This document shows positions 23,762 through 37,338 of a stretch of DNA of 64,000 nt, piece by piece. The notes under the pieces are model-generated. The model worked only from the letters and a program-made list of their open reading frames with translations. It was not told the DNA's origin and did not search any database. The DNA comes from Kondoa subrosea. Taxonomy: Eukaryota. The stretch covers positions 3,943,347-4,007,346 of the forward strand of contig BCIN01000001.1 of assembly GCA_039545335.1 (NCBI GenBank). Direction: 5' to 3'. The position numbers were made by a program, and so were the translations under genes. Position 1 is the stretch's first letter; every line of letters begins with the position of its first letter.

Positions 23762-26700
23762 ATGGCAGCTTCTGCTCAAGTATTATCAGAGGCTCGTCGA
23801 AGCTTATCGAGAGCTCCTGACGAGTGAGTTCGACGCGCTGAGGGAGGTAAACGTACTGATTGGGCATCACAGCACAACCTATGTCCATCCTGCTATCGTG
23901 TCTCAAGTCGCTCGAATGCTACAGAAGTTCCCTCACGACCGGGAATATCTTTTGGAAGTCTCGCCTGGCGATTATGGTGTCATTACATGCTTAGCTTGCT
24001 TTGCCGATACACCTTTGACTGCCAATCTCGATTTGCCAGATGGAGGAAGGTCTTTGGGTATTGGCAGCTTTGATGCTTTTATGGCTCATTGTGCCACTCC
24101 TGGTCATGCTAGTCAAAGTCATGATCAAAGACAAGCCGCAAAGCAGAAAGTACGCATTGATCTGACTCTGTATTGGCAAAGTCTCACGAGATTGTACAGG
24201 ACAACATCAACAACTCACGACCAGTCTCAAAACCTCTTAGTCGAACTGCTTCAGCTGAATCTAATGGAACTTTTTCTTCTCGAGTTCCTGCACCTCCTTC
24301 TCCGGCTGCTGCGGCTCGCGCTGCTGCAGAACGACGAGCTGCTGAAGCCGCTTCTCGTCGCAAAATTATTAAGCCAGAAGTGATTTCTGACGATGATGAA
24401 GTAGTCATGACTGCTCGCAACCCTGGTCCATCCTCTGGCGGATCTCGCAAACGTACTTCCGACGCTGTTTCTTCCGATGACGAAGTCTCCTTTGTCAGGA
24501 GCAAGCCTGCCAAACAACCAAAGAAGCCTTCTAGTACCAACAACAATCCTTTAAAAAAAGCAAAGACGGAAGAAGATACTCAATTGACTGGCTTACGCTC
24601 TCCCATGCGTGCTTTATCTCCCAACAAAGCCAGCGAAGCACCGAGAGCTGGCCCTTCTCACGCTCCTGCACCTCCATCAACAGCTGCCGCAGCACCTCGA
24701 GTCGGCCCAGGCGGTCAAGTCTTCTACACCCAATTCGAAGCCAATCAAGCTAGAGATCAAGCTCGAATTCAATTGACAACTGCAACAGCTCAAATAACTA
24801 GTTTCCGACGATTGAGCAAAAACACGCAGAGCAAGGATCTAAAGAAGCACTACAAACAACAAAGACGAGCTCTGGAGGACGTCCTAACTAGAGCTCAGCT
24901 TGCCTACTCTTACGCTTCTAACTGGCGTCCCACAGATGCCCCTGCTCGTCCACCTCCTGCTCAAGTCAATCCTTTCTTGGCGAACAGAGATGTGAAACCC
25001 GATATCAAAGCCAAGAAAGAACCTGGTATGGATTCTATGGACACGGATGCTGAAGATCAAGACAGTGCTGCACGTCAATTTGATACTGATGAAGAGCTGA
25101 ACATGACTATGGAAGGTATTCAAGGTTATCGGGGCACAACCAATAAAGAGTGACTTCAATTTGTCAACCATGGAAGAGAATGCTGATATCTTTCACAGTC
25201 TCGAAGAATTCATTGCCAATGCCTGCGATGCGGCCGAATTCGAGGGAAGCGCCGATGTCAACAAGGCTCGCAAGAATCTAGGTATCGATGGATCAGAGGG
25301 CGATCGTATCGACGGTCTCGCCGAGGAAATGACTTTGATGCCTCATCAGCTTCTAGGTGTCTCGTGGATGCACAATCAGGAAAAGGTATGCCTTCTTTGC
25401 TCTGAATAGCCTTTCACGTTCATAGCAAACTGATTATGATGGCAGGGGAAGACCAAGGGAGGGCTTCTCGGTGAGGATAAACTCCTGTTCTGTGAAGTTT
25501 GCTTACCTTGGTCACAGCTGATCAAATGGGTCTTGGCAAGACTGTTCAGGCTATCGGTACGCTTGTATCTATCGATATTCCTGCAGATGCTTACTTTGTT
25601 CTAGCTTGCATGCTCATGAATCGACCCGAAAAGAAGAAGAAGGACATTCCTCGCACGACCCTCATTCTTGCACCTCTCGCTCTTCTGCAGCAGTGGGCTC
25701 AAGAAATCGAGGACAAGGTAGGCTTTCCACTCTTATGCTGACTTGCGCTCGGCTCACGGTTTGGCCAGACTGAAGCGGATACCTTCAAAGTTCTAATCTA
25801 TCATGGTTCTAACAAGCCAAAGACGAAGAAAGACATTGAAGCTTACGATGTCGTCCTTACTACCTTGGCTACCATGTCCTTGGAATGGGCTCCTGATGAT
25901 GCCTTGGCTAAATCTCAAGCCAAGCGAAAAGACAAGAAAAAGGGCAAAGAATGGGACTCTGGTGATGAGGCAAATTGGAAGCCGGCAAAGAAGAACGGAC
26001 CTCGTACGTGCTGATGCGCAAAATATTCAATCAATGCTTATGCGGAATGATTGTAGTCGTTTCCATCAAGTATCATCGTATTATCATTGACGAGGCGCAC
26101 AACATCAGAAACAAAGTAAGCAGTCGTACTTACTGTTATGTATATATGGCTCATTTCTACATCAGAATACTAGAGTCTCTCGTGCCGCTACTAGGCTGTA
26201 AGTGAAACACTGCCACCATGTATGCAATTGATGTTGACTACTGTATCTTTGTAGTAAGGCGACTTACCGCTGGTGTCTTAGTAGGTCATGCATGCTGATA
26301 GCCTGACTTGTGCTGACACCATGTGAAGGTGGTACTCCCATCATCAATTCGACTGGAGATCTCTTTGGTTTCCTTCGTTTTCTTCGCATGTTTGTGTTTT
26401 CCCCTAGGTATAACAAATCCTCGTTGAGTATCGTCCTCTAGCAATCCTTGGTATGACTGGAAAGTGAGCTCAAAATCTTCCAAAGCCGATCTCTGTACTC
26501 AAAGACCACCATGCAGGAATACAGTTCTCATGTTGTCAAATTCGAGAAAAAGAATCCTAACTACGCTGTCAAAAAGGCTCACGGTATTTTGAAGGTTTGC
26601 ATGCTGAGGTGTGCTTTATTCTGTAGCCTTTCGCAATGGATGCTGATCTGCGAGGTATCAAATAGACGCAAAAAGGATACACTGCTTGATGGTAAACCTT

Positions 26701-29492
26701 TGGTTACTCTACCCGAAAAGCACCTCGAAACACAATCGCTCGAGCTTAGTCATGAAGAGCGAGAAATTTACGAAGCAGTACAGACAAATGCCCAGGTGAG
26801 CCTTTTGCGGTTCTTGGCGAGTTTCTCGCTAACGAGGCCATGCTAGGTCAAATTCGGCAAGTTCTTGAAAGCTGGAACGTACGTTGCGCTTGAACAGCGT
26901 GATATATAAGTATGCTAAATGCATTAATAACGCAGCGTCATGAAGAACTATGCCCACGTCTTGGTTCTCCTTGTCCGTCTTCGTCAACTCTGCCTACATC
27001 CAGCTCTCATCACTGAAGACCCAGCGTAAGTCTAATCAGTTTCGTGTGCGCCTTTGGTCTCTCATGTTGAATGTAACAGCGATGCTGCTCTAATGAAGCT
27101 GGAAGACGAGCTTGAGAGACGACGCAATGAGCTCGAACGTGCTCGCGAATTGCTGGGCGATGCTGTTGTCGACAAGATGATCAAGCGCCAAATGGACAAA
27201 GGTTTGTCATGATCTGATGTCATTGAACGGTGCTGATATTCTGCTGAAAAGCTGTCGAACAAATGGCTGCCGAGAAGGAGTCTGCTGATGCTGTGGGCTC
27301 AACACTTTTTCCACATTTTGCTTTAAGCTGATCTTTATCGCTTTCACGACTTAGGAGATCGAAGATGCAACTTGTCCAATCTGCTTCGACGTGCTCGATG
27401 CCGAGAGTGGACGTATTACTGTCAGTACTGTCCGTCTGTCGCGCACGTATCATTTACTGTTGCTCCAGGCTTGTGGTCATACCTTCTGTGAGAAATGCAT
27501 CACGGACGTTCTCGATCGAGATGTTGCTCCGGAAGGCGATGCAGATGGCAACGATGCTGCAGATAATAGGTATGCTCAGGACCTTGGCAGTGTGACGACT
27601 CGTCTGACCAGATCTTAGCGCTCATCCTTGCCCAAACTGTCGAACCAAATGTCTTACAAGAGAAAAGGTTTTCTTACTCTCTGCCTTCATGCCCTCAGAG
27701 GAAGATCTTGATGAGATCAAGGGCGATGCTGCGTAAGTGTCGAGCTCAGTATCTGCATATTGTTTCCTTATTTGTGCACAGTGAGGAGGAAGAAGAGAGA
27801 CGCGAGCGTCAAGAACAGAAGAAGGACAAAGCCTTCATTGCCGATTCAGACGAAGAAGAAGATGAGCCCCGCAAGCGTCGCGAGAAGAAGAAGAAGGAGA
27901 AAGCTGTTATCGCCGATTCGGATGAAGAAGACGATGATTTGCCCGACATTGGCAAAAAAGCGAGCAAGAAGTCGAACAAGAAGAAGACCATAGAAGCGTC
28001 TTCTGATGTCGAAATGGCTATCAAGCCAGGAAAACGCAGCTTGCGTACCAAGAAAGCTACCATTGCTGATTCTGACGACGAAGATTTCATTGTCGATGAT
28101 TCCGACGAAGATATGCGCGACAACAGGAAGGAAGCTCATACTTCGGACGAAGACGGCCCTTCAGAAGCGGAGGAAGATTCCGCAGACGAGACTCAGGATA
28201 AGAAGAAATTGCGCGGAATGGCGAAGGTGAACTCCCAATTGTTTGTGCGTTGCATCCTAGTTGACGTGTGATCTCACAGGAAATGCTCAAGGCTGGTGAA
28301 CGAAAGAAGATCGTTGAAGTCAAGAAGATGAGCTCCTTCATCCCTTCAACCAAAATGAAGAAGATGATTGAACTGTTAGTGAAATCCTTGTCTGCTATCT
28401 CCAATCCAGCTAATGCACGAAGCAGTCTCGAAGAAGCCAAAGAGGAGTCTGGCGGCAAGGACAAGACCATTATTTTTTCGTCTTTCGTCGGAGCTTTGTG
28501 AGTTTTCCATTCTCTTCCTATGAACTCATCTGAAGCCTGCTTCAGAGACCTTATCGACAGTTACTTGGAAGAGAAGGGTGTCAAATTCGTCCGTTATCAA
28601 GGTGACATGAGCAGGAATGAACGGTTAGTCGACTTCTCGATGTACAATCCTTTCGACTGATACTTAAATGCTAGTGATCGAGCTGTTAAGGCCTTTATGA
28701 AGAACCGAAAGGTCACTGTGCTGTATGTCTTCCTCGTTTCTATGTTCAATTGTTGGCTTATCCGATTTTCTTTCTTCGCAGACTTGTACGGAAACTATAT
28801 GCTACTGTAGCAACGTAGTACCTGCTGACTCCTCGCTCCTAGATGTCGCTCAAATGTGGTGGCGTGGGCGTAAGCTTCCTGTACTCAAGCTGATTCTGGC
28901 TGACTTCTGTCGCAAAACAGCTGAATTTGACCAAAGCGAACGTATGCCAAGCTCTGTGCGCCCAGATATAGTCGCTGACGTTTCTACAGCGTGTGATCTC
29001 CATGGACCTTGCTTGTGAGTTGACTGAAATTGAGGTCTCACCGGACATGTCTGACTCTCAATGTAGGGTCGCCAAGTACCGAAGCTCAAGCTTTCGATCG
29101 AGTTCACCGTCTCGGCCAGACCAAAGAGACATATGGTATGTCAAGAGCCTCTGCAGTAGTAACAATGTTCGCTCATGTCGATGCTTATTCACTCGCTATA
29201 GTTAAGCGATTGGTTATCGAAAACTCTGTCGAAGATCGTCTACTCGCTTTGCAGGATAAGAAAGGTAAAGCGGCATTATTGAATGCATTGATCAAGCGCT
29301 GAGGAAAGCACAGGCAATTTGGCAAATGGAGCTATCGATGGTGAAATCATGGGTAAAGTTCAAAAATTGACTGTTCGGTGAGTCGCCCTTGAAATCGAAT
29401 CTTTGCCATACTCAAGGTGTGCTAGTGATCTGGCTGCCTTGTTCGGCCTCGACATCAATGGTCAACCTAAAGGAGAAGATTTGGAGGCCTAA
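23762..29492 (+). CDS. SNF2-family helicase with internal RING finger (Rad5/16-Ris1/Uls1-like), many introns
   Basis: LMPHQLLGVSWM, GGLLADQMGLGKT, TLILAPLALLQQW, IIIDEAHNIRN, RWCL-GTPIIN, RING CPIC..CGHTFCEKC..CPNCR, PSTKM, IIFSSF, SLKCGGVG-LNL, EAQAFDRVHRLGQ. Confidence 0.92.
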
Positions 29493-29710
29493 GGGCAAAA
29501 CAGAAGTAAAGATGGACTTTGCCATTTCCCGGGAAGCACTGGCTGCTGCTTATCACACACTCATTCAACATGCTAATCAATATCTCTTGTACACTATCTA
29601 GATTTATCGCAATGCAGCAAGCTTGTATAGAAACCTTTTGACATCGTGACTTGAGGGTACATTGGAAAGCAAAGGTATCGAGATGCAAGGTAATACAGAC
29701 TAGTCGAAGA

Positions 29711-30535
29711 CTATGCTTCCTCCTGTTCTTCTTCCCCTTCCCATTTCACTAGTATACTGAAATTATTCCGCTTCACACCGGCAAGCACTTCCTCTTTCCT
29801 CCACGACACACCGTCCCAACCAGCTTGACGAGTTCTTTGTACCAGATAATAGCTGAGCTTGGGACTATCATGCTGAGCAACTATCTTTTCGAAACCACAC
29901 GAAGCCAATATGTCTTTGAACCGATCGTGTGTCAAGTAGCGAGAATTCGTCAAGCATGCTAGAGGTAGAACGATAAAGAGGTAGCCTTCTGGCTTGAGGA
30001 AATCGTGTGCTCGTAAAATCATTTGACCTCGTTTTGAAATATCGCCCTCGAAGTTTAGGACCAGCGAAAGAGAGACAACATCGAAAGGTTTAGAAGGAGG
30101 TTCGAAATCCATGAACTGGCCAATACGAGTCAGAATAGTAAGAGATGTAAGATGTAAGGTACCTACATCTGCTTGTATCACCTTTTCCGATCTGGAATTG
30201 ATGTCAATCGAAACGCAATCCACGAGTGAATGTTCCCATTTAGCATATGCTGTGCCTGCGATCGATCCCACATCCAATATTCGTATCCTCTTTCTGTCTC
30301 TCAGGCTTTTGATTAACCATTTCGAACTTTCACCTCCTTGACTTGTCCCTTGTACAGAAGCGTCCTGATAACTTTTCAATCCTCCTAAAGCTTTTTCTTG
30401 CTCTTTAAGTGCTTTTAGCTTGATGGGATCTTTTTCAGTCTCGATTTGCTTCCGTAGAGCATGGAATTTCGAGATTGTCTTTTGCGATTCTGGTACAGCC
30501 GCCTTCTTTGCTCTATTCTTGCCGCCTCGAGCCAT
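29711..30535 (-). CDS. BMT2: 25S rRNA adenine-N1 methyltransferase (Bmt2 family)
   Basis: LGGLKSYQDAS, GGESSKWL, ILDVGS, IDINS, FDVVSLSLVLNF, RGQM, LFIVLPLACLTNSRY, RNNFSI; one in-frame 51-nt intron at 30116-30166. Confidence 0.9.
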   Translation of the reverse strand: MARGGKNRAKKAAVPESQKTISKFHALRKQIETEKDPIKLKALKEQEKALGGLKSYQDASVQGTSQGGESSKWLIKSLRDRKRIRILDVGSIAGTAYAKWEHSLVDCVSIDINSRSEKVIQADVGTLHLTSLTILTRIGQFMDFEPPSKPFDVVSLSLVLNFEGDISKRGQMILRAHDFLKPEGYLFIVLPLACLTNSRYLTHDRFKDILASCGFEKIVAQHDSPKLSYYLVQRTRQAGWDGVSWRKEEVLAGVKRNNFSILVKWEGEEEQEEA

Positions 30536-31213
30536 TTCAGTCCAATATATCGCGGTGTCAGGTTGAGGAATTTAGTTTTCGAAGGTTGTCCGATACCGCG
30601 GTCTTGATGTAGTCTTAAACTGCCAGCTCTGGTTGCTGCAATGAACATACGACCATTATACCAGCTATCCAGGTATAAAAGTAGCGCTGGCAATAGCAAG
30701 ATCAGAGCAAAGCTTCGGAAATCTCAGATATGTGGTCGCTGGTCTTGCTTCGCCTGCTCTCCCAGCGAATGTTCTATATGGATCTCAGTGTCGTCCAAAC
30801 ATTAAGTCGGATCACTTCTTGCATTGCATCGTGTCTGGGCTGCCGATCTCCAATCTGAACAATCCGCTTTGTCTGATTTGTCGCTTCGGTCTGTTCACAG
30901 TGTACGGCGCTTGCACCATTAAAATGTCGCTCCTGTCGACAGCCGATAAACAGACCTTCCCACCTTTCATTTTACCCATCCGAAGTCTTCTTCTGTCACT
31001 TGCGAAGTCAGCTTCCCAGAGTCAGCTGTTAATGAGTTCATCTTCTGTTCGTACTTTTTTCCCTTTCTGGACGAGAAATCCGTGTCTGTCTTCTCAGAGC
31101 AAGCGAGAGAACAAGGCCATTCTCTTTGGCACCCTTCCTTTCAATCCGTTCACTTCCCTATCAATCTCTCCTTGTCAAGAACTTCATAAAGGAACTCATT
31201 GATAGAGCTCGTC

Positions 31214-33482
31214 ATGTCAAGTGTGGCAGACTCAACTCCCTTCAGCCCTTCTCAGGTTGATCCTGCTCTTCTACCCATCCAAGATGTCCTTGCCGATGTG
31301 AGTGATACACTCAGTCGTATCGTCTCTACTGAAGCCTTGTACAATAGCCACTATCAAACTTCTTTGCTGTCGAACCACCTACACCTACAAATGGTCAATC
31401 TATGTCACTTGCCAATCTCAACAACGCACCGCTAGGAGACGATACAAGCTTTCTTGGATCATTTTGGGATGACGATGAGCGTGCTTCGTCATCACGAGAT
31501 CCTAGTCCTGCTGTTCTTGGCTCAAATCATTCAGATGCTGGATCTACTTCTACTTTGAATGACGCTTTCGCATCACACAACGTTTCGACTCTACCCGCTC
31601 ACGATGATGAACACACCGGACAAGTAGAAATACCTGAAGTGGAGCAGCAGCAACACCAAGAAGATTCTTCTGCTATTCCGCCTTCAACAGAATCAGAAGA
31701 AAGATTCCTCATACCTACTGCTCCAGCTTCTTTCATAGTCGGTCCTGGTCCTCGTCTCACTTCAACAGGCAAAGTCTCTCATGCTCGTAAAGTACCTGTC
31801 AATCATATCAAAAGGTAAGCTCTTTTTCTCTGCTTACAAAACATGCATAGCTGAGGGTTGCATTATAGACCCAGGAACGCTTTCATCCTATTCCGAAGTC
31901 ATGCTTGCGCAAATCAATTGGTTCCTACAGAATTGGGTATAACGGATCATCGACATATTTCGAGAATTGTTGGTAATCTATGGAAGAGTTTACCTGCGGA
32001 TGAGAAGAAGATTTGGGAGGAGATGGCAGAGAAAGAAAAGGAGGAACATAGATTGTGAGTTCTGCTGTCCGTAATAGAAAGAGGTACTTAATTGCCTTGT
32101 GTTAGGCAAAACCCAAATTACAAGTAAGGGCTTGAGACAGAACATGTCGATACAACAAGCTGATCACATATTCAGATATCGTCCTGTGTACCGTAGAGAT
32201 GGTGTTGTACGAAGGAGGAAAAAGAAACCGTCGCAAGAGGAAGAAGTAGAAGAGGAAGAAGTAAGCTTCTTCTCTGTCATTGATCGTGTTGTCATCGTGC
32301 TAATTACATCAATAGCGCAAGGCAGAAGTTGTCGCTCGAGTGTTGCTAGAAGGTGGTGAAATCGATGAATCCAATTTGGAGAAAGAGCTTGAAGCTCAAC
32401 GCGAGAAAGATGCTCTCGAAGGTCGTAAGCGTGGTTCCAAAAGTCGTTCTCCAGCTCGTCAACGTCAACGCCAACGCAGCCGTTCTACTGCTGGCGATGA
32501 TGAAGAGGAAATTGGCCATAACCCATACCCTGCCGGTGGGCGAAGAAGTCGGAGACCTCGCAATCACGTCTCGTACGATGTTGATATCGGAGATGCTACG
32601 TTGGATAATATCAACATCTTTCCTGGAGAAAGCGATATGTTTTATGGTCAAGGAATGCAACCGTTTCACGAGGGGCAATACAATCAAAACTATTATTATG
32701 GCCAAGAAATTTCTATGCCTACCAATTACGATGTTTCTGGTCAATATCGTCTACCAAGTCCCAACAACTATAATCATAATGGAGCTGTTTCACTCGATTA
32801 TCTTCCTGCGACTCCTCGTACATTTGCTATGCAGCAACACCAACAATCAATCCAGAACAGAATGCGTCCGAACGATGGTTTCGGTTCTCCGACGCGTGGT
32901 GCTATGGATTTGCCAGTCAATCCAATGCTCAGCCCAATGAAGGATCAATTTGGCAACTACCTGAACGGGCCTCAGACTTCTTTCCCTCAGACTTCTTTCG
33001 GTCCTCCTCCTACCTCATTCGGTGCACCGCCTACAGCGTACGAGAACAATATCTTTGGTAATCGTGCTGTTTCTTTGGACGCAGATGGTCGTCTCAACTT
33101 GCCTTCGCCCCGGTCGTTTTCTGCTCCTCATCAAGACCCAATGTGGCAGCCACAGTCAAACAACTACTACGATCAACATACAGCTGTTCCACATGGTATG
33201 CAAACGGACATCAACAGACTTTTGAACGATCAAGCTACTTCTGTTCCCTTCTCTGCCTTTGGCGAAATGGCCGCCGGTCCTGCTCACATGCAATACAATG
33301 GAGTTCAGAATGAAGAAATCGCTTTGCAACCTTCTCAAGAAGTCCAATATGTCTATCTTTCTCGAGAACAGGCGATGGACGCTCGTTTAGTAGAAGAGAT
33401 TCGAAGTCAAGGCTTCGGTATTACCTATCAAGTGCCTTCGGAAGAGCTGGGCCACAACGGAATGATTCCGATGCAAGCATAA
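31214..33482 (+). CDS. MATA-type HMG-box transcription factor
   Basis: HIK-RPRNAFILFRS...DHRHISRIVGNLWKSLPADEKKIWEEMAEKEKEEH..NPNYK-YRP; long Q/P/N-rich C-terminal region. Confidence 0.9.
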
Positions 33483-33704
33483 GGGTTGTCGAGTTGTTCT
33501 GATTGTTTTTGTGTTAGCTACGCGTGACTATTGTTGTATTGAGCTAGACTTGTATATCATTGGGCAAGATTCACTTGTGTAGCAGATCGGGTAAATTGTA
33601 GCGTGTCTCGGAAAGGGTATCATCGAGGTTCTTTTTCGTTGTACACGCCATACATTCAACAAACACCCAAGTCATATACAATTTCCTTTTGTCCCTGAAT
33701 ACTT

Positions 33705-35326
33705 TTAGTGTGCACCATTCGCCTTGCCCTTCAGGAAACCAGATAGGTCACCGAATGGAACGGTAAAAGGCTGATACAGAGATGTTATTCAATACCTCGA
33801 AGACATAAAGTGCAACTCACCATGCCAACGACTTGCATCATGATACCAAAGAACAATATATAGCCACAGAAGCAAGTCACCTAGAAAGGAAGATCAGTAT
33901 ATAAAGCGGGTAAGACAGTGAGGGACACGCACAAAGAAGAAGCCTCCAGCTACTGTGATGAGATGAAGACCTTGTGCAGCCAAGCCTTGTGCCAGTCTGA
34001 AGTATGCGGTAGCGAGGATGCCAAACTATTCGAGCATTAGCTTGAGCAAGATCGATGCAAAAGAATGTCTCACTCCGCTGTAAGTAGAAAAGAGGAATCA
34101 GTAAAGGCCACTGGACATTGAAAAGTGCTGCGTACATATCAAGACTGAAGAAGAGCACTACGAAGACAGCATTTCTGCAAAGGTTTGTCAGATGATGTTC
34201 GGACTGGTTCATGCGTGACTCACGTTCGTAGCGATGCGATCAGGAAGATGAAGGTGATAACGGTCCAGCCAATTAGGTAAAGACCGATACCGGAATTGTA
34301 AAGCGCTGAACCGTAATGTCTGAGCGCAAATTCAGGACTTAAGAGCAACATCGACTGACGATTCTCTGTTCCACTCGTGTATACATCGGTAACGAAAGCT
34401 GCAGCAGCTCCTTTTGATGGATCCAATAAATAGCCGAAACTGCGCATTCGCGTTTGAAATGATTACAGCGATCAAATGAAGTACTTACCCAAGATAGAAA
34501 CCGCCGAAAGCAAAGAAGACAACGGAAGGGAATCTGAATAGATCAGAAAGTCAACAATGTATGTCGCATGAGACGGTGAAATGACTTACGTATTCCCGAT
34601 GATCCATTCCACTGCGCAAAACAATGAGCTCAGGATGCTCTAAATCTGCAATGACAGCAATGGCTTACTTGTACCAGCAATGATTTCGAGCATTCTGAAT
34701 CCGAATCTCAGCGATGCGTATTTGGGATCTGAAGATAACTCACCCAGCAATGAAGTAGTAAGAGCTGACCATGACGACCAAACTACCAGGTCCAGCGTCT
34801 AGACGAGTAGTGTATCAGCTTTGTTAAAGCGGGAGTCGGATTACACTGACTTTGGCTGAAAGCAAGAAGCAGCATTAGGCAGTTATTCAACAGTGGTAGG
34901 TTAGGACAGCTCACAAGTTCAAGAACATCCATGTGGTAGGAGAGAAGCATAGCAAGAAAGCAACCAATCCAATTGGAGTACTGCGAAACGCGGATTCAGC
35001 TCAAACACGACTCGATGGAACTGCAGCAGCCCGTACGGGTTTCCTACACGTTTTGAGAGATCTCCTTTAGCTGTTTTGTCTCCACTGAAAGCAGAAGGAT
35101 GAATATTGGGTTCGGGACTTCTATATAGTGAATACGAACGGTTGCAAGTAAACTGAAAGTAATGAATCAGGAACGCGACTTCAAAGAGGTCGGAGTAGTA
35201 GGTCAACTCACGCTTCTCAAACTGTTCCGCTGTCAATTGGAAAGTAGGTTGACGATTCAAGTAAGATCCCGCGTTTCCACCTTCATGTTGAGCTTCTTCG
35301 TGTTTCAATTCGTGAGCTGAAGACAT
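33705..35326 (-). CDS. GPR1/FUN34/YaaH (Ato/SatP) family acetate/ammonia transporter
   Basis: LTAEQFEK, GDLSKRVGNP, EWIIGNT-FPSVVFFAFGGF, LIGWTVITFIFLIASLRT-N, VPFGDLS at C-terminus. Confidence 0.88.
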
Positions 35327-36090
35327 GGTTGATTGAAGAGGTAGAGGGAGACGGAGAGTGAGTTGAAAGATGGGGAAAGAGAGAGGAGAAGAGGAGCTCC
35401 GCGCGTCCGACTTTCAACATCGAGAATCAGCCTGATTTCCCATAAGGGTGAGGGGAAAAGGACCTGATTTTAGGTGGACAAACTCGACCTTGAGCTTAAA
35501 ATACCTTAACTAGGAGAAAATCCATCTACGAATTCACCCGCTCCAGCAAAGTAGCGTGCCCGTGAAGAAACGGCAGACCTGTAACCATCCGATGCATACG
35601 TCGGGGCAGCCTTGACACAATCGGATGGATACAGGACATCGGACAGACCACATGACGAAGTGCTGCCAGATAGCGCGGGCCTCGTGAGATCTCTTGCAGA
35701 CACTAAAGGCTTTTTAGGCAAGAACAGGAACTTGTGCGGGATTGCGAATTATGCAGGTGTTGACCGGATAAGACAGGATCAAACGAGAGTAGCCCAAGTC
35801 GTCTGATCACGCGACGAGTGCTAGCACTGCACTCGAGTCTCGGTTGAAATGGAATGGAAGATTTCAAACAATTTCCAATGCATGTACATTCAATGTAATT
35901 CTGAAGGTTTATTTGCTCTGATGTGACTCGCCAGGCGAGAGGTCCACACGTATGACTAGAGACGGAGAACCAGCTCACCTGCATATTTCTTGTGTTACAT
36001 TTCGAAGACCGACAGTAGATATACTAGTAGATGTTCTTTTTCAAGAAAGAGACGAGAGCGGGCTTGCTCTTGATCCACGACCATTGAGCC

Positions 36091-37338
36091 ATGTCACAGA
36101 ACCTACTGGATGCATCTCTGCCTCACACGGTAGAGCTCTCCTTCTTTGGTGCTTCTACTATCAAGTCAAAACAATCACCTCGCAAGCAAGCTCCAGTCAA
36201 GAGCTCATCGCCCTTGCGTCCAAGAGTTCTGAAACAGCAAGTAGCAGTCGATCAGGATCAGGATAAGTCAAGCCAATATGGCACTATCAAGCTGGAGAAT
36301 CTACAGACAAGTGACTGTTCACTGATTGCAAACGAAGGCTGCTCATTTTTGGCGGATACAACTACTCTGCTCTCTGCTAGCTTGTTTCAGGGAAAAGGTA
36401 GAAGAGTGGTGAGCGTAAAGGAGGATGATTTGATTGAGGAGCTGGATGAGAATACACCAGCTCGAGGGAATCAGAAAGTGTATGAAGGAAAGCCTGCGAA
36501 GCTGTTCAAAGAGTTCGTTCGATGAATCCATTGCTACTTAGAGACTAATTCGGTCTATAGACGTCCTGCACCTTCGGCTATCTCTCGCTCCGGAAGTACA
36601 GCTCGATTACCTCTATCCGCTTATTCTCCTTCGCGCTCTTCGCCCGCTCGCTCTTCTCCAATTCGATCATCTCTTTCTCCTCGTCCGTCAGTGGTTGCCA
36701 AAGTGCCGCTCACAGATTCAGATCAACGCAAAGAACGCTTGCAAAACCTCTTTTCTCAAATGCGATCTCAACCTGCAACTACTTCTCGTCGCACTGTAGC
36801 ACCTACACCTGTCCGTCAGACATCTAATCCAGCTGAAACACGGATTCGAGCATTGTTGGCATCCAAATCTCCTTCGCAGTTGCCAGCACGAGCAAGTAAC
36901 AAACCTCAAACAAGCGCTCAACCTCGATCGATGTTTATGGCTCCTCGAAGTAATACGCATACTGGCTCGTTGGCTGATTTGGCAACTCCTCGAATACCTC
37001 GTTCGGGATTGGCTACTCCATCGTCTCGCTCAATAGTCACACCTCGTGTTCTGCCTTCTTCGCGTTCAATGGCCTTACCTTCTTCTCAATCTATGGCATC
37101 TATTCCTCGTCCATCTATCTCATCTTCAAGATCTATGGCTACTTTAACAGCTCGAGTGCCAATATCGAACTCTCAACCCGCTCAAACACCAGTTGCCAAA
37201 ATGTCAAGCTCGAAATCGATGGCTAATTTGACTCCTCGAGTTCACCAAAAAGATGTCTTTTCTGTGACGAAAGAGAAGAGAATCAGTAGATTGTCGAATG
37301 AGGCTAATGTGGATGTGCCAGTGAGGAGAGTGAGATGA
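36091..37338 (+). CDS. Hypothetical Ser/Pro/Arg-rich, probably disordered protein
   Basis: Consecutive open frames joined by short introns; repeated S-S-R/K/Q-S-M-A motif in last exon; many TP/SP sites. Confidence 0.6.

Noticed and set aside
30732..31202. 156-aa ORF upstream of the HMG gene
   Set aside because: Non-ATG start, pyrimidine-rich promoter/5'UTR-like composition, no motifs.
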